Assembly (NCBI GenBank): GCA_965262715.1
Contig: OZ253553.1
Location: 2,080,001-2,144,000 of the forward strand
From: Bdellovibrionales bacterium
Lineage (GTDB): Bacteria > Bdellovibrionota > Bdellovibrionia > Bdellovibrionales > JAUICD01
Reading direction: 5' to 3'
Length of the DNA: 64,000 nt
Position numbers and translations under genes: made by a program. Below, in pieces: positions 33,638-43,726 of the stretch; the first letter of the stretch is position 1, and the number at the start of each line of letters is the position of its first letter. The notes under the pieces were generated by a model, which saw nothing but the letters and a program-made list of their open reading frames with translations, searched no databases and was not told the origin of the DNA.

Positions 33638-34975
33638 GGTGGATTCAAGTTGTAAGTACAACTCCTTGCATAGTTGTTTAAAGGGGGTTAGAGGAATACT
33701 CTAATCAATAGCTTTACATAACGAAAGGAGTATTCCATGAGTAAGTACACTCATCTAACCCAATGTGAGAGATACCAGATTTTAGCTTTTTTGCAAAGTG
33801 GAAAATCAATAAGTTCAATTGCTACTCAGCTAGGTCGAGATAAAAGCACCATATATAGGGAATTGAATCGCAACAAAGGTTTGCGAGGTTATCGTCCTCA
33901 ACAAGCCCATGAAAAAACGGTTTATCGTCTTCAAAACTCTCATAGACATATAAAGATAACACAAAAAGTCATTAATAAGCTTGAGAGGTTTCTTCGTGAT
34001 CGTTTGAGTCCGGAACAGATATCCGGTTTTCTTAAACGAAAAGGTTTGTCTATAAGTCATGAGAGTATTTATCAGCATATTCTTGGAGATAAGCAATCAG
34101 GAGAAGATCTCTACAAATTTTTAAGATGTCAGAGGCAACGGAAGAAGCGATATGGTACAAGTAGATTTGATAAAAGGGGTCAGATAAAGAATAGAGTGAG
34201 CATTGATAAAAGGCCTAAGATAGTAGATAAGAAGAGTCGGATAGGAGACTGGGAAGGTGATCTAATGATAGGTAGACATCATAAAGGAGCTTTAGTCACT
34301 CTGGTAGATAGATGTTCTAAGAAGACGAGGATTGTCAAAATAGAATCTAAGAGATCTGAGGCAGTTTTTCATGCTATTTCTAAAGCTCTTAAAGGAGAGG
34401 TTGTTCATACAATGACTTTGGATAATGGTAAAGAATTTTCGTGTCATGAGAAGATCAGTGAATATACCGGATATAAAGTTTATTTTGCACATCCTTACAG
34501 TTCATATCAGAGAGGTTTAAATGAGAACACGAATGGTTTAATCCGTCAGTATTTTCCAAAGAAGACAGATTTTAGAGAAGTCACCTCTAAGGATGTAAAA
34601 AAGGTTGAGTTTCTTTTAAACCATCGCCCTCGAAAGAGTTTAGGTTTTCTAACTCCTAATGAGTTTCATAGACAAAAGATGGTTTGCTGAAGTTATTCAT
34701 AGTTTATCCATTTAATTTTACTTATATATAATAACTTCTGAAAATGCTTATTTGACAGCTTGATGTTTATGGCAAAGGATCGTTCTTCCGCAGAGCTTTA
34801 GCTCGAGGACTACGAGACTTTGCCATAAACATCAAAATACATTCATTCAAATTAAATAATTTACTATAATCTTTCATGATAATTAAAACTTTGTTGAAAT
34901 ATTAATCTTAAAATGATACAACTTTTAAAAATATCTATAAACATAAAAGAGTTGCACTTGTGATTTGAAATTACG
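33638..34975 (+). mobile_element. IS30-family insertion sequence
   Basis: Imperfect IRs 33638-33664 / 34949-34975 (18/27 match) flank the transposase; a family-B hairpin sits inside at 34760-34835. Confidence 0.8.
33737..34690 (+). CDS. IS30-family DDE transposase
   Basis: HTH (IA.QLGRDKSTIYREL.RN), SPEQI, GDWEGD, DNGKEF, RGLNENTNGLIRQYFPK. Confidence 0.98.
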   Translation: MSKYTHLTQCERYQILAFLQSGKSISSIATQLGRDKSTIYRELNRNKGLRGYRPQQAHEKTVYRLQNSHRHIKITQKVINKLERFLRDRLSPEQISGFLKRKGLSISHESIYQHILGDKQSGEDLYKFLRCQRQRKKRYGTSRFDKRGQIKNRVSIDKRPKIVDKKSRIGDWEGDLMIGRHHKGALVTLVDRCSKKTRIVKIESKRSEAVFHAISKALKGEVVHTMTLDNGKEFSCHEKISEYTGYKVYFAHPYSSYQRGLNENTNGLIRQYFPKKTDFREVTSKDVKKVEFLLNHRPRKSLGFLTPNEFHRQKMVC

Positions 34976-35008
34976 AAATATTATTAGTACTACATTGGCA
35001 AGTTAACT

Positions 35009-35303
35009 GAAGCGGCGTGTTACCTCATAATAGATTGTTACCAAGAGTTTGCTTTTAAGAGTTGAGTTATTCATTTATTTTTCCTTTGTTTATTGTATAA
35101 GTTGAGTAATCTAAAGAATTCATCCGTTACGAGGTGGTTTGAAACCCGCTCCTGTAAGCCGATCTCGAGGCGACTACCCTCTTCCTTTGCAAAGCATGGA
35201 AACTGTTTGTTTCCTTCTTGACGCCCGAAGCCTGTCATAACTCTAGATCATTATATTAAGGTAAGTTTAAATAGTAGACTTAGCATTTTTGAGACCGCTT
35301 CTA
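35009..35303. mobile_element. Degenerate E-type MITE with partial D core, flanked by a ~27-bp direct repeat
   Basis: Right end atttttgagaccgcttcta; tagtactacattggcaa(a)gttaactgaa at 34986 and 35302. Confidence 0.5.
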
Positions 35304-35337
35304 GTACTACATTGGCAAAGTTAACTGAAAATGAACA

Positions 35338-37359
35338 TTACTCATCCTCTGTAGGTTTTTGTGACGTTTGATTGGTTGTTTGATCTTTGGCTTGTTTAAG
35401 TGTTTCACTAAAAATATCACCAATACTCGTTTTATCTTTAGATTTTGCTTTATCACTATCTCGTTTTAAAGAATCACCTTGTTTTTTAAACTGATCTAAT
35501 TTTGTACTTAAAGCAATTTTCCTTGCTTTCTTATCAATACTCACAACAACAGCTTGTAGAACATCGTCAACTTTCAGATGATCTTCAATTTTTTCAGACC
35601 TTGGTTTATTATGAAGTTCACTGATGTGAATCAGTCCTTCTAAATTTGAAGTTATTTCTACGAAAACTCCAAAATCAACAACTTTGATAACTTTAACTTT
35701 GTGCTCACTTCCAATAGGAAAGTTTTTGTCTATATCTATCCAAGGATCAAACTCTAATTGCTTAATACCTAGACTAAATCTTTCATGCTCTACATCTAAA
35801 CCTAAAACCACAGCTTTAACACTATCACCTTTCTTAAATAACTCTGAAGGATGATGAACTCTCTTTGTCCAAGAAAAGTCAGAAATATGAACTAAGCCAT
35901 CAATATTTTCTTCAATACCAACAAAAATACCAAAATCTGTAACAGATTTAACTTCACCTTGAACAATAGTCCCTGGTTCATAGATCTTTTTTAATTCTTC
36001 CCAAGGATTTGCTTTTAGCTGCTTCATTCCTAAGCTAATACGTCTATGCTCAAAATCCACATCTAAAACAACAACATCGACCTCTTCGCTAACAGATACA
36101 CATTCTGAAGGATGTTTGATACGTTTTGTCCAACTCATCTCACTGATATGAATTAAACCTTCAATACCATCTTTTAATGTTACAAAAGCTCCGTAATCAG
36201 CTAAGCTCACAATGCGTCCCTTCACCTTACTACCAGTGGGAAAAATATCACCCGCCTCACTCCACGGATCAGGTTGAAGTTGTTTCAACCCTAGACTAAC
36301 TCTACCAGTTTTTTCATCGTGCTTAAGAACTTTAACATCTATTTTATTTCCAACTTCTAATATTTCTGAAGGATGCTTAATACGCTTCCAGCTCATATCT
36401 GTAATATGCAAAAGACCATCAAGCCCTCCAAGTCCAATGAATGCCCCATAATCTGTGATATTTTTGATAATACCTGTAATAACATCCCCTATCTTAATGC
36501 TATCTAATTTGTTGTATTGCATTTTTAATTGCTCTTTATCCTCCTCTAATAGAACGCGACGAGACAGCACAATATTACCACGTTTCTTATTAAATTTAAT
36601 TACTTTTAGCTGTAGAGTTTTTCCAACAAAATCATCCAAGCTCTTTACAGGTCGCACATCGATTTGGCTGCCTGGAAGAAATGCCTTCACTCCAATATCA
36701 ACGCTCAAACCACCTTTTACTTTCGCAACAACAACCCCTTCAATAGTCTCCTGATTTTCTGCGGCTTGAGAAATATCATTCCAAGCTTGTAGGACATCCG
36801 CTTTATTCTTAGATAGAACTACCATACCATTTTCATTTTCTAAACGTTCAATATAAACTTCAATCTGACTACCCATTTCAATAGTCATCTCCTTATCTTT
36901 ATCTGATTGAAATTCATGTATAGGAATAAGACCTTCAGACTTATAATGAATATCCACTAAGACAAAATCCTTTTGAATATCAATGATAACACCTTTTACA
37001 ACATCTCCTTGTGAAAAATGACTCTTATATTCTATTTCAAACAGTTGAGCAAAGTCTTCTGAAACTTCAGAAGTCTGAGTAAATAATTCTGGATTATCTT
37101 TAACATTTTTATCTTCAGTATTTAATATTGAAAGTACTTTTTCTTTTTCTATTTGACTTATGCTTTTTTTCTTAGGTAAGTCATCGGATTTTCCGTGTTT
37201 ATGAGATGCTTCCTGATCTGAAGATGAAGCATCTTGAGAAGCATAATCTTTTATATTTTTATGAACACCTGATAGCGAATCAACGACAATGTCCTCTTCA
37301 GAGGTAGATTGAGTTGTTTTTAAGTTTTCTGTTGTGTCTTCTGTTTCTGTTATAAGCAT
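35338..37359 (-). CDS. rpsA: 30S ribosomal protein S1 (long acidic N-terminal extension)
   Basis: Six S1 domains (KSEG.IP, AFLPGSQID, GL.HI.D.SW repeats). Confidence 0.98.
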   Translation of the reverse strand: MLITETEDTTENLKTTQSTSEEDIVVDSLSGVHKNIKDYASQDASSSDQEASHKHGKSDDLPKKKSISQIEKEKVLSILNTEDKNVKDNPELFTQTSEVSEDFAQLFEIEYKSHFSQGDVVKGVIIDIQKDFVLVDIHYKSEGLIPIHEFQSDKDKEMTIEMGSQIEVYIERLENENGMVVLSKNKADVLQAWNDISQAAENQETIEGVVVAKVKGGLSVDIGVKAFLPGSQIDVRPVKSLDDFVGKTLQLKVIKFNKKRGNIVLSRRVLLEEDKEQLKMQYNKLDSIKIGDVITGIIKNITDYGAFIGLGGLDGLLHITDMSWKRIKHPSEILEVGNKIDVKVLKHDEKTGRVSLGLKQLQPDPWSEAGDIFPTGSKVKGRIVSLADYGAFVTLKDGIEGLIHISEMSWTKRIKHPSECVSVSEEVDVVVLDVDFEHRRISLGMKQLKANPWEELKKIYEPGTIVQGEVKSVTDFGIFVGIEENIDGLVHISDFSWTKRVHHPSELFKKGDSVKAVVLGLDVEHERFSLGIKQLEFDPWIDIDKNFPIGSEHKVKVIKVVDFGVFVEITSNLEGLIHISELHNKPRSEKIEDHLKVDDVLQAVVVSIDKKARKIALSTKLDQFKKQGDSLKRDSDKAKSKDKTSIGDIFSETLKQAKDQTTNQTSQKPTEDE

Positions 37360-37613
37360 ATATTCATCAAACTCCTTTTCATAAAACTATAATTAACAAA
37401 GTGGTTATAAAAGTTATATAACAAAGTCTCATTTTATCTTCTTAAAGTCTAAGAGTCACCTTCTAAATAATCCTTTATTTATCAAATATTAAAATAGTTA
37501 AAAAAGCAAAGGTCTTCAAATGACTACCTTAGTATTGCATTGCCACTATAATATAAAAGTTAATCTCCCTTATTTTACACCACTGTTATTTATTGTACTA
37601 AATTGCCTTGAAG

Positions 37614-38264
37614 TCAATGAGTTCCATCAGCTGACATACCAAACATTTCAATCTGTTTAGGCCGTTTTACTATTTGAACAAATTGAAGAGACTTTGAATT
37701 ATTAACTTGTCTGAATCTTTCTAAAGAAAATTTATCAGAATTATTTTCTCGCAATTTCTTACAAAGATGAACCATAAGGTATCCACAACAACGAGCATCT
37801 TCTTTAGCTCTATGAAAACCCTCAGACGATATATTTAAATAGTTGACCAATGTTTTTAACTTATAATTAAGTAACCCCGGAAAGACATTTCGCGCCATAG
37901 CGCAAGAATCAAAAATTAATCCTTGAGGAGCCTTTGATTCAAACTTTTTAATATCAGAGCTTAAAAATTCGAAGTCAAAAGGAGCGTTATGAGCTACTAG
38001 AATATCTCTACCACAAAACTCTGCAAAACCACCTAATACCTCATCCACAGAAGGCTTACCCTTTACCATCTCATCTGTAATACCTGTAATCTGAGTCACT
38101 TTTATAGGAATATCTCTTTTAGGATTAACTAAAGTGGTATAAGTGGAAGTGGGATGCCCATCTTCAAATCTCACGGCAGCTATCTCTGTGATTTGATCCA
38201 TTCCTGCTAAAAAACCTGTTGTTTCAATATCAAAAGCAACAAACGATGGTATAACATCTGACAT
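37614..38264 (-). CDS. DEDDh 3'-5' exonuclease (DnaQ/PolC-like)
   Basis: FDIETTG, VAHNAPFD, HRA..DA. Confidence 0.92.
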   Translation of the reverse strand: MSDVIPSFVAFDIETTGFLAGMDQITEIAAVRFEDGHPTSTYTTLVNPKRDIPIKVTQITGITDEMVKGKPSVDEVLGGFAEFCGRDILVAHNAPFDFEFLSSDIKKFESKAPQGLIFDSCAMARNVFPGLLNYKLKTLVNYLNISSEGFHRAKEDARCCGYLMVHLCKKLRENNSDKFSLERFRQVNNSKSLQFVQIVKRPKQIEMFGMSADGTH

Positions 38265-38440
38265 AAATATCCCTTTTTTATTCCATTATGAAATGCTTTC
38301 TTAAAATACTTTTTGTACCCCTGGCAACTTTCTGATAGTGATTTTTGCCACAAAGATGGTATCATACTTCATTGCTACAATCGTCAATCTCACTTAAGCC
38401 CTGTAACAAGACGTGTCATTAATTTACTTATCTATATGCC

Positions 38441-38469
38441 TTGACTTTAATCGGGCTTACCACTATAAA
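38441..38469 (+). promoter_or_regulatory. Sigma70-type promoter of ssb
   Basis: TTGACT-17 nt-TATAAA. Confidence 0.6.
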
Positions 38470-38534
38470 AGCGTTAAAATAAAGAGAAAGCAGTAAGTTT
38501 AATTTATTATTATTATATTGTAAGGAGGTTTTTA

Positions 38535-39008
38535 ATGAGTCTCAACAAAGTCATGATTATAGGCCATTTAGGAAGTGATCCAGAGTTACGTCAAACAACA
38601 AGTGGGCATTCTGTTACTAGATTTAATATTGCCACTAATGAATATTGGAAGAGCAAAACAGGTGAACAAAATGAAAAGACGGAATGGCATAGAATTGTGG
38701 CATGGGGCCGTTTAGGAGAAGTCTGTCATCAACATCTCAGTAAAGGCAGGCAAGTTTATATTGAAGGGCGACTGCAAACTCGTTCATGGGAAGATAATCA
38801 AAATATAAAAAAATACTCTACTGAAATCATTGCCTCTACTGTTCAATTTTTAGGTGCTAACGAGCAAAAAAGTATGCCAAATACAACAACAAACGCTCCT
38901 TCTTATGAGGATAAGTCATTTGAGCCTTCATTTGATAATACTCAAGCGAACAATAATGCCCCTGTAGAAGACAACAGCAAAGCAGCAGCAGAAGGAATGC
39001 CTTTTTAA
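38535..39008 (+). CDS. ssb: Single-stranded DNA-binding protein
   Basis: [37 protein letters not shown]-terminal PF. Confidence 0.98.
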   Translation: MSLNKVMIIGHLGSDPELRQTTSGHSVTRFNIATNEYWKSKTGEQNEKTEWHRIVAWGRLGEVCHQHLSKGRQVYIEGRLQTRSWEDNQNIKKYSTEIIASTVQFLGANEQKSMPNTTTNAPSYEDKSFEPSFDNTQANNNAPVEDNSKAAAEGMPF

Positions 39009-39138
39009 AATATGTTGTTGTTGTAAGTAAAGCACTAATAACCTAAACAACCAGGTCAAAAGTCCATCTGTCTCAAACTTTTAGACACTTATGTAAAAGA
39101 AGGTGGGTTCATTTCATTAATCCCTTCTCGATGATATT

Positions 39139-40824
39139 TTAAGTTTTCTTTCTCTGATAAAAGCTTAAAATGACTATCAACATCATTAAAATTATTTGTA
39201 ATAATGGGATATATTTCCCAAAACGTGTGAATAGAGTTAATGAAGGCTGCCCTGCGTAAGAAATTTCAAACCTTTCTGCCCATTCTTCTCCTGGAAGGCT
39301 TTGTTGCTTCAGAATTGTTCCATCAGCTAAAATAGCTGATGAGATACCTGTATTGGTCGCTCTGATTAAAGGCCGCCTCACTTCAATAGCTCTTGCTAGT
39401 GTCATGTAGAGATGTTGGTAGTTCTGAAATATATAAGGACTATTAGTAAAAAATTCATAGACTTTTTTAATTGGTGTATAAGTATTTCTATACCAAGAAT
39501 CATTAGTGACGTTAACGATGATTTGAGCATTTTGTTTTGCAAGCTCCGTAGAGAAATAGGGATAAAGACCTTCATAACAAATCTGTACTCCTAAAATAAC
39601 ATCTTTATCTTCCAACTTGAGTACTGTCGGACCTAGACTTCTAGAAAAATCAGATACCTGTGAAAACACTACTGAATCTTTAAAGTAAACAAAAGGTATT
39701 GGTAAATATTCTCCAAAAGAAATTAGAATAGATTTTCTATGTCTTCCTAAAATATTGCCATTGCCATCAAACAAAAAGGCTCCATTATAATACTTACCAT
39801 CTTCATCTTCTGAGAAAGCTCCTGTAAGAAGAGAAACTTTATTCTTCAAAATAAATGATTTTAATAAGTATTCACTTCTTTGATCTGTTTCTATTTCAAA
39901 TGGAAAAGCTGTCTCAGGCCAAACGATCAATTCTAGATTGTCAATTTGATTTAATAAGTCTTCTGTCAAATTAAAATACTTTTGATAAATATATTCGTTT
40001 GGATACTGCCTAATACTACCTATATTAGCTTGAACAACTCCTACATTAAGTGTTTTATCTGTAAAGTTCCATGCTCTTTCTTTAAGCTTTCCTGTGACAT
40101 TAAATAACACAAGCAGAAGAATAAGAACAACAATATGAATAACTGCTTTTTTTTGATTTATTAAAAAATCAGCACTCCATTGAAATATTCCTTTTATTTT
40201 TTTTAAAGAGTTAGCGTGTAGGCTTTTTCTTGAAGTATCATTCTTAACAAGAAGAAAAATCCATAATATATATCCATTAACAAGAAAAACTAGAGCACTT
40301 AAACCTTCAAAACCAATCGTGTCAGCCCATTGATACATAGGCCATTTTGTCCAAAATAAAGGATAACCTAAGTTCCAGTAAAACACTTTAGGAGAAAATC
40401 TTTCTAGAAGAACAGTTATAATAGCTAGAAAAAGTAATGAGCTTTTTAGACTAAAGGCTATTTTTTTACGAATCAAATGCCATATAAGTCCTGCGACAGG
40501 AATATGAAGATTTTGTGTAATGCAAAATAAAATTAAAATAACAAGTCCTAAGCCCTCAGAAACATCTCCAAATTCTATAGCTGTATGAGTTATCCAATGA
40601 AAACCAATAAGATTTATAATAAATTGAGTGAGCCATCCATAGAAAAAAACTCTCCCTCCAGACAAGTCTTGATGAATCCATATATACCAAAGGGGAGTAA
40701 GACAAAAAAACAAAGCCCAAGGTAAAAATGGAATATAACTTGTACTAAGCAAAATTCCTGATAGAATAGATAATAAAACAGCTAACATGAGCTTATTAAA
40801 AGCTAAAAAATAAATAAGATACAA
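39139..40824 (-). CDS. lnt: Apolipoprotein N-acyltransferase
   Basis: VQANI, WPETA, K..L..FGEYLP, ICYE, NDSWY, RATNTGIS. Confidence 0.96.
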   Translation of the reverse strand: MYLIYFLAFNKLMLAVLLSILSGILLSTSYIPFLPWALFFCLTPLWYIWIHQDLSGGRVFFYGWLTQFIINLIGFHWITHTAIEFGDVSEGLGLVILILFCITQNLHIPVAGLIWHLIRKKIAFSLKSSLLFLAIITVLLERFSPKVFYWNLGYPLFWTKWPMYQWADTIGFEGLSALVFLVNGYILWIFLLVKNDTSRKSLHANSLKKIKGIFQWSADFLINQKKAVIHIVVLILLLVLFNVTGKLKERAWNFTDKTLNVGVVQANIGSIRQYPNEYIYQKYFNLTEDLLNQIDNLELIVWPETAFPFEIETDQRSEYLLKSFILKNKVSLLTGAFSEDEDGKYYNGAFLFDGNGNILGRHRKSILISFGEYLPIPFVYFKDSVVFSQVSDFSRSLGPTVLKLEDKDVILGVQICYEGLYPYFSTELAKQNAQIIVNVTNDSWYRNTYTPIKKVYEFFTNSPYIFQNYQHLYMTLARAIEVRRPLIRATNTGISSAILADGTILKQQSLPGEEWAERFEISYAGQPSLTLFTRFGKYIPLLQIILMMLIVILSFYQRKKT

Positions 40825-41033
40825 CTTTAGTGCACAGCATTACAGGTCCTTTACTTGCTAAATCAAAAGAACAAAAGTAGTCGTTCATGGTTCTCTTAAC
40901 TCTCAAAATACATTTTCTCTTTCCAAATAATTTGAAAATAAAACTCAAAAAGCTTGATAATATCTTTCCATTAGGGTTTATTTTGAGGTTAAAATATAAA
41001 TAACTATATACAAATACAAGAAGAGACAGCGCA

Positions 41034-41669
41034 ATGTTAGAAGACACATTTCCATGTCCTAGATGTCACACAGAAAATACCAAAGGCAGTATAGACTGCC
41101 ATGCATGTGGTATTGTCTTTTCTAAATATTCTATCAAACAATCAAATACTCAACAAGCACAACAACGTCAACAAGATTTTAGCTCTTTAAAAGATCAAAC
41201 TTCAAGACCTGATGAATTTCCTTCTCCAATTCAAAAAACAAATTCCGCCAATCTACAACTTCAAGAACTATGGCAAAAGGTTATGGAAAATTATAGCGAT
41301 AAAGACGTGCATGAACAATTTATTAATAAAGCAATACAGCTTGATAGCTTAACCTACGCTTCTGAACAATACCATAACATTTTAAGTTCTCACCCTCATG
41401 AAGAAGTGGCAGAAAAAATGCAAAAACGCATCACTTTTTTAGCTATGACAATTATGACTCCTGAACATGCAACTGAACCCGAAGGATTTCATCTTGGCAT
41501 TTCCGGTATCATCACCATTCTAGGTGCCATGTTAATGGGAGCAAACTATGTGTTATCAGATCTACTCAAAAAATCCTCTTTAAACCCTAGGCTTCTTGAA
41601 ATTTCTGGAGCAAGTATGATCATCATAGGAGTCACATTTATCTTATTAAAAAAGAGATCTAAATCATAA
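41034..41669 (+). CDS. Zinc-ribbon membrane protein
   Basis: CPRC...CHACG N-terminus; two C-terminal TM helices. Confidence 0.65.
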   Translation: MLEDTFPCPRCHTENTKGSIDCHACGIVFSKYSIKQSNTQQAQQRQQDFSSLKDQTSRPDEFPSPIQKTNSANLQLQELWQKVMENYSDKDVHEQFINKAIQLDSLTYASEQYHNILSSHPHEEVAEKMQKRITFLAMTIMTPEHATEPEGFHLGISGIITILGAMLMGANYVLSDLLKKSSLNPRLLEISGASMIIIGVTFILLKKRSKS

Positions 41670-42626
41670 CTTGATACAGGCTGCTTGATGTAAGTTTTCC
41701 ATTTCGACAAGCAAAGGAGTTTGCTTTTGACATTCCTTTGTAGCAATAGGACAACGAGGGTGAAAAGCACAACCTTTAGGTAAATCAATCGAACTGGGTA
41801 TATCTCCCTTCAAAACAACTTCACTTTGGTTTTGATGAGGATCAGGTACTAAAATAGCAGACATTAAAGCCTTTGTATAAGGATGTCTAGGATTTTTATA
41901 AATCTCTAAACCACCTGCTATCTCCACAATCTTACCTAAGTACATAACAGCCACTCTATGAGAAATATGTTTAACTACTTTTAGGTCATGGCTAATAAAT
42001 AGGTAAGCCAATCCTAACTTTTGTTGCAGATCTTTTAACAAATTGATAATCTGAGCTTGAATAGAAACATCTAAAGCAGATACCGGCTCATCACAAATAA
42101 TAAATTCTGGATCAACAGCTAAAGCTCTTGCAATACCTACCCTTTGCCTTTGTCCTCCAGAAAGTTCATGAGGATAACGAGAAATTATATTTGATTGCAA
42201 GCCCACTGTTTGTATAAGCTCTTGCACTCGATCCTGATGATCTTTTTTAGAGGTATAAAGCTTATGGATAATAAGAGGTTCTGAAATAATCTGGCCTATC
42301 TTCATTTTAGGATTTAAACTAGAATAAGGATCTTGAAAAATAACTTGCATTTTTCTTCTAATAGTTTTTAAGTCCTTAATATTGGTAATATCTTCCCCTC
42401 GATAATAGATTTTTCCCTTTGTACAATCTAAAAGCCTCAAAATACACCGACCTAAAGTAGACTTTCCACAACCTGACTCCCCCACTAAACCTAATGTTTC
42501 ACCTGCTTTGATATTAAAAGAAACCCCTAAGACAGCTTTTACACTTTCAATTTTTCTTGAAAGAACTCCAGATTTAATAGGAAAATATTTGTGCAAATTC
42601 TCAACCTTAATAAGAGGTGCTTTCAT
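41664..42626 (-). CDS. Oligo/dipeptide ABC ATPase (OppF/DppF-like)
   Basis: [18 protein letters not shown]-terminal GC.FHPRC. Confidence 0.93.
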   Translation of the reverse strand: MKAPLIKVENLHKYFPIKSGVLSRKIESVKAVLGVSFNIKAGETLGLVGESGCGKSTLGRCILRLLDCTKGKIYYRGEDITNIKDLKTIRRKMQVIFQDPYSSLNPKMKIGQIISEPLIIHKLYTSKKDHQDRVQELIQTVGLQSNIISRYPHELSGGQRQRVGIARALAVDPEFIICDEPVSALDVSIQAQIINLLKDLQQKLGLAYLFISHDLKVVKHISHRVAVMYLGKIVEIAGGLEIYKNPRHPYTKALMSAILVPDPHQNQSEVVLKGDIPSSIDLPKGCAFHPRCPIATKECQKQTPLLVEMENLHQAACIKL

Positions 42627-43681
42627 TTTACATCACCTATTGGAAAAAAACAGGCTGCTTTATGCTCCCTTCTTTCAAAAGCCATAAGAAGAGGTTTGCT
42701 TTCTAAACAAGTTTTTTGAACTAAGTGACATCTATCTTGAAAACGACAACCTACTGGTAAGTTTTCAAAACTAGGAACTATACCAGGAATAGTTGTGAGC
42801 TTCTGATAACTCTGAGATGACTGCAGTGGAGGTATAGAATCCAATAATCCTTTTGTATAAGGATGCTTAGGATGAATAAATATCTCTCTCACATTCGCAT
42901 ACTCAATAAACTGACCTGCATACATTACAGCCACTTCATCACACATTTTCGAAACTACACCTAAATCATGAGTGATAAGGATCAGAGACATTCCTAGCTT
43001 ATCTTGAAGTTCTTTGATGAGCCTTAATATCTGAGCTTGAATTGTCACATCAAGAGCTGTTGTCGGTTCATCTGCAATCAAAACATCAGGATCACAACTA
43101 AGAGCCATCGCAATCATCACTCTTTGCCTCATGCCTCCTGATAACTGATGAGGATATTGCTTCATACGCCTTTTGGCCTCAGAAATACCTACAAGATTTA
43201 ACATCTCAACAACTTTATTATGGACATCTTTTGTGCTCATATTAGCATGATGTGATAATACCGCCTCTGCAATTTGATCCCCAACTGTAAAAACAGGATT
43301 TAATGAATTCATAGGTTCTTGAAAAATCATAGAAATGACATTCCCACGGAAAGCTCGCATTTGCTTTTCTGTTAACTTCAAAAAGTCTTTACCCTTAAAA
43401 AGAACCTCTCCATTTAAAATTCTACCAGAAGAAGATAGTAGCCTCATAATAGAAAGAGCTGTAATTGACTTTCCACAACCTGACTCTCCTACAATACCAA
43501 CACTCTTACCTGCATCTAAAGAAAAGCTTACATTATCTACAATTGTTGTGAGGTGATTTCCCCTAACAAAACCTACCTTTAAGTTTTTAACAGTCAATAT
43601 AGGCATATCTCTTTCCATAACAATCATCCTTCTTTCTGTATCAAAGAAAATAGGAATTGCATAACCAGAATTTTTTAACAC
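42623..43681 (-). CDS. Oligo/dipeptide ABC ATPase (OppD/DppD-like)
   Basis: [32 protein letters not shown]; the true start is probably a downstream Met. Confidence 0.93.
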   Translation of the reverse strand: MLKNSGYAIPIFFDTERRMIVMERDMPILTVKNLKVGFVRGNHLTTIVDNVSFSLDAGKSVGIVGESGCGKSITALSIMRLLSSSGRILNGEVLFKGKDFLKLTEKQMRAFRGNVISMIFQEPMNSLNPVFTVGDQIAEAVLSHHANMSTKDVHNKVVEMLNLVGISEAKRRMKQYPHQLSGGMRQRVMIAMALSCDPDVLIADEPTTALDVTIQAQILRLIKELQDKLGMSLILITHDLGVVSKMCDEVAVMYAGQFIEYANVREIFIHPKHPYTKGLLDSIPPLQSSQSYQKLTTIPGIVPSFENLPVGCRFQDRCHLVQKTCLESKPLLMAFERREHKAACFFPIGDVK

Positions 43682-43726
43682 CCTTGGATATTTTTATTTT
43701 AAGATGGAATAAGGCTCATGGTCTAT

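Noticed and set aside
35140..35230. Group II intron domain V/VI remnant
   Set aside because: No recognisable domain V consensus and no reverse transcriptase ORF.
40796..41047. 83-aa ORF between lnt and the zinc-ribbon gene
   Set aside because: AT-rich divergent promoter region, overlaps both neighbours, no motif.
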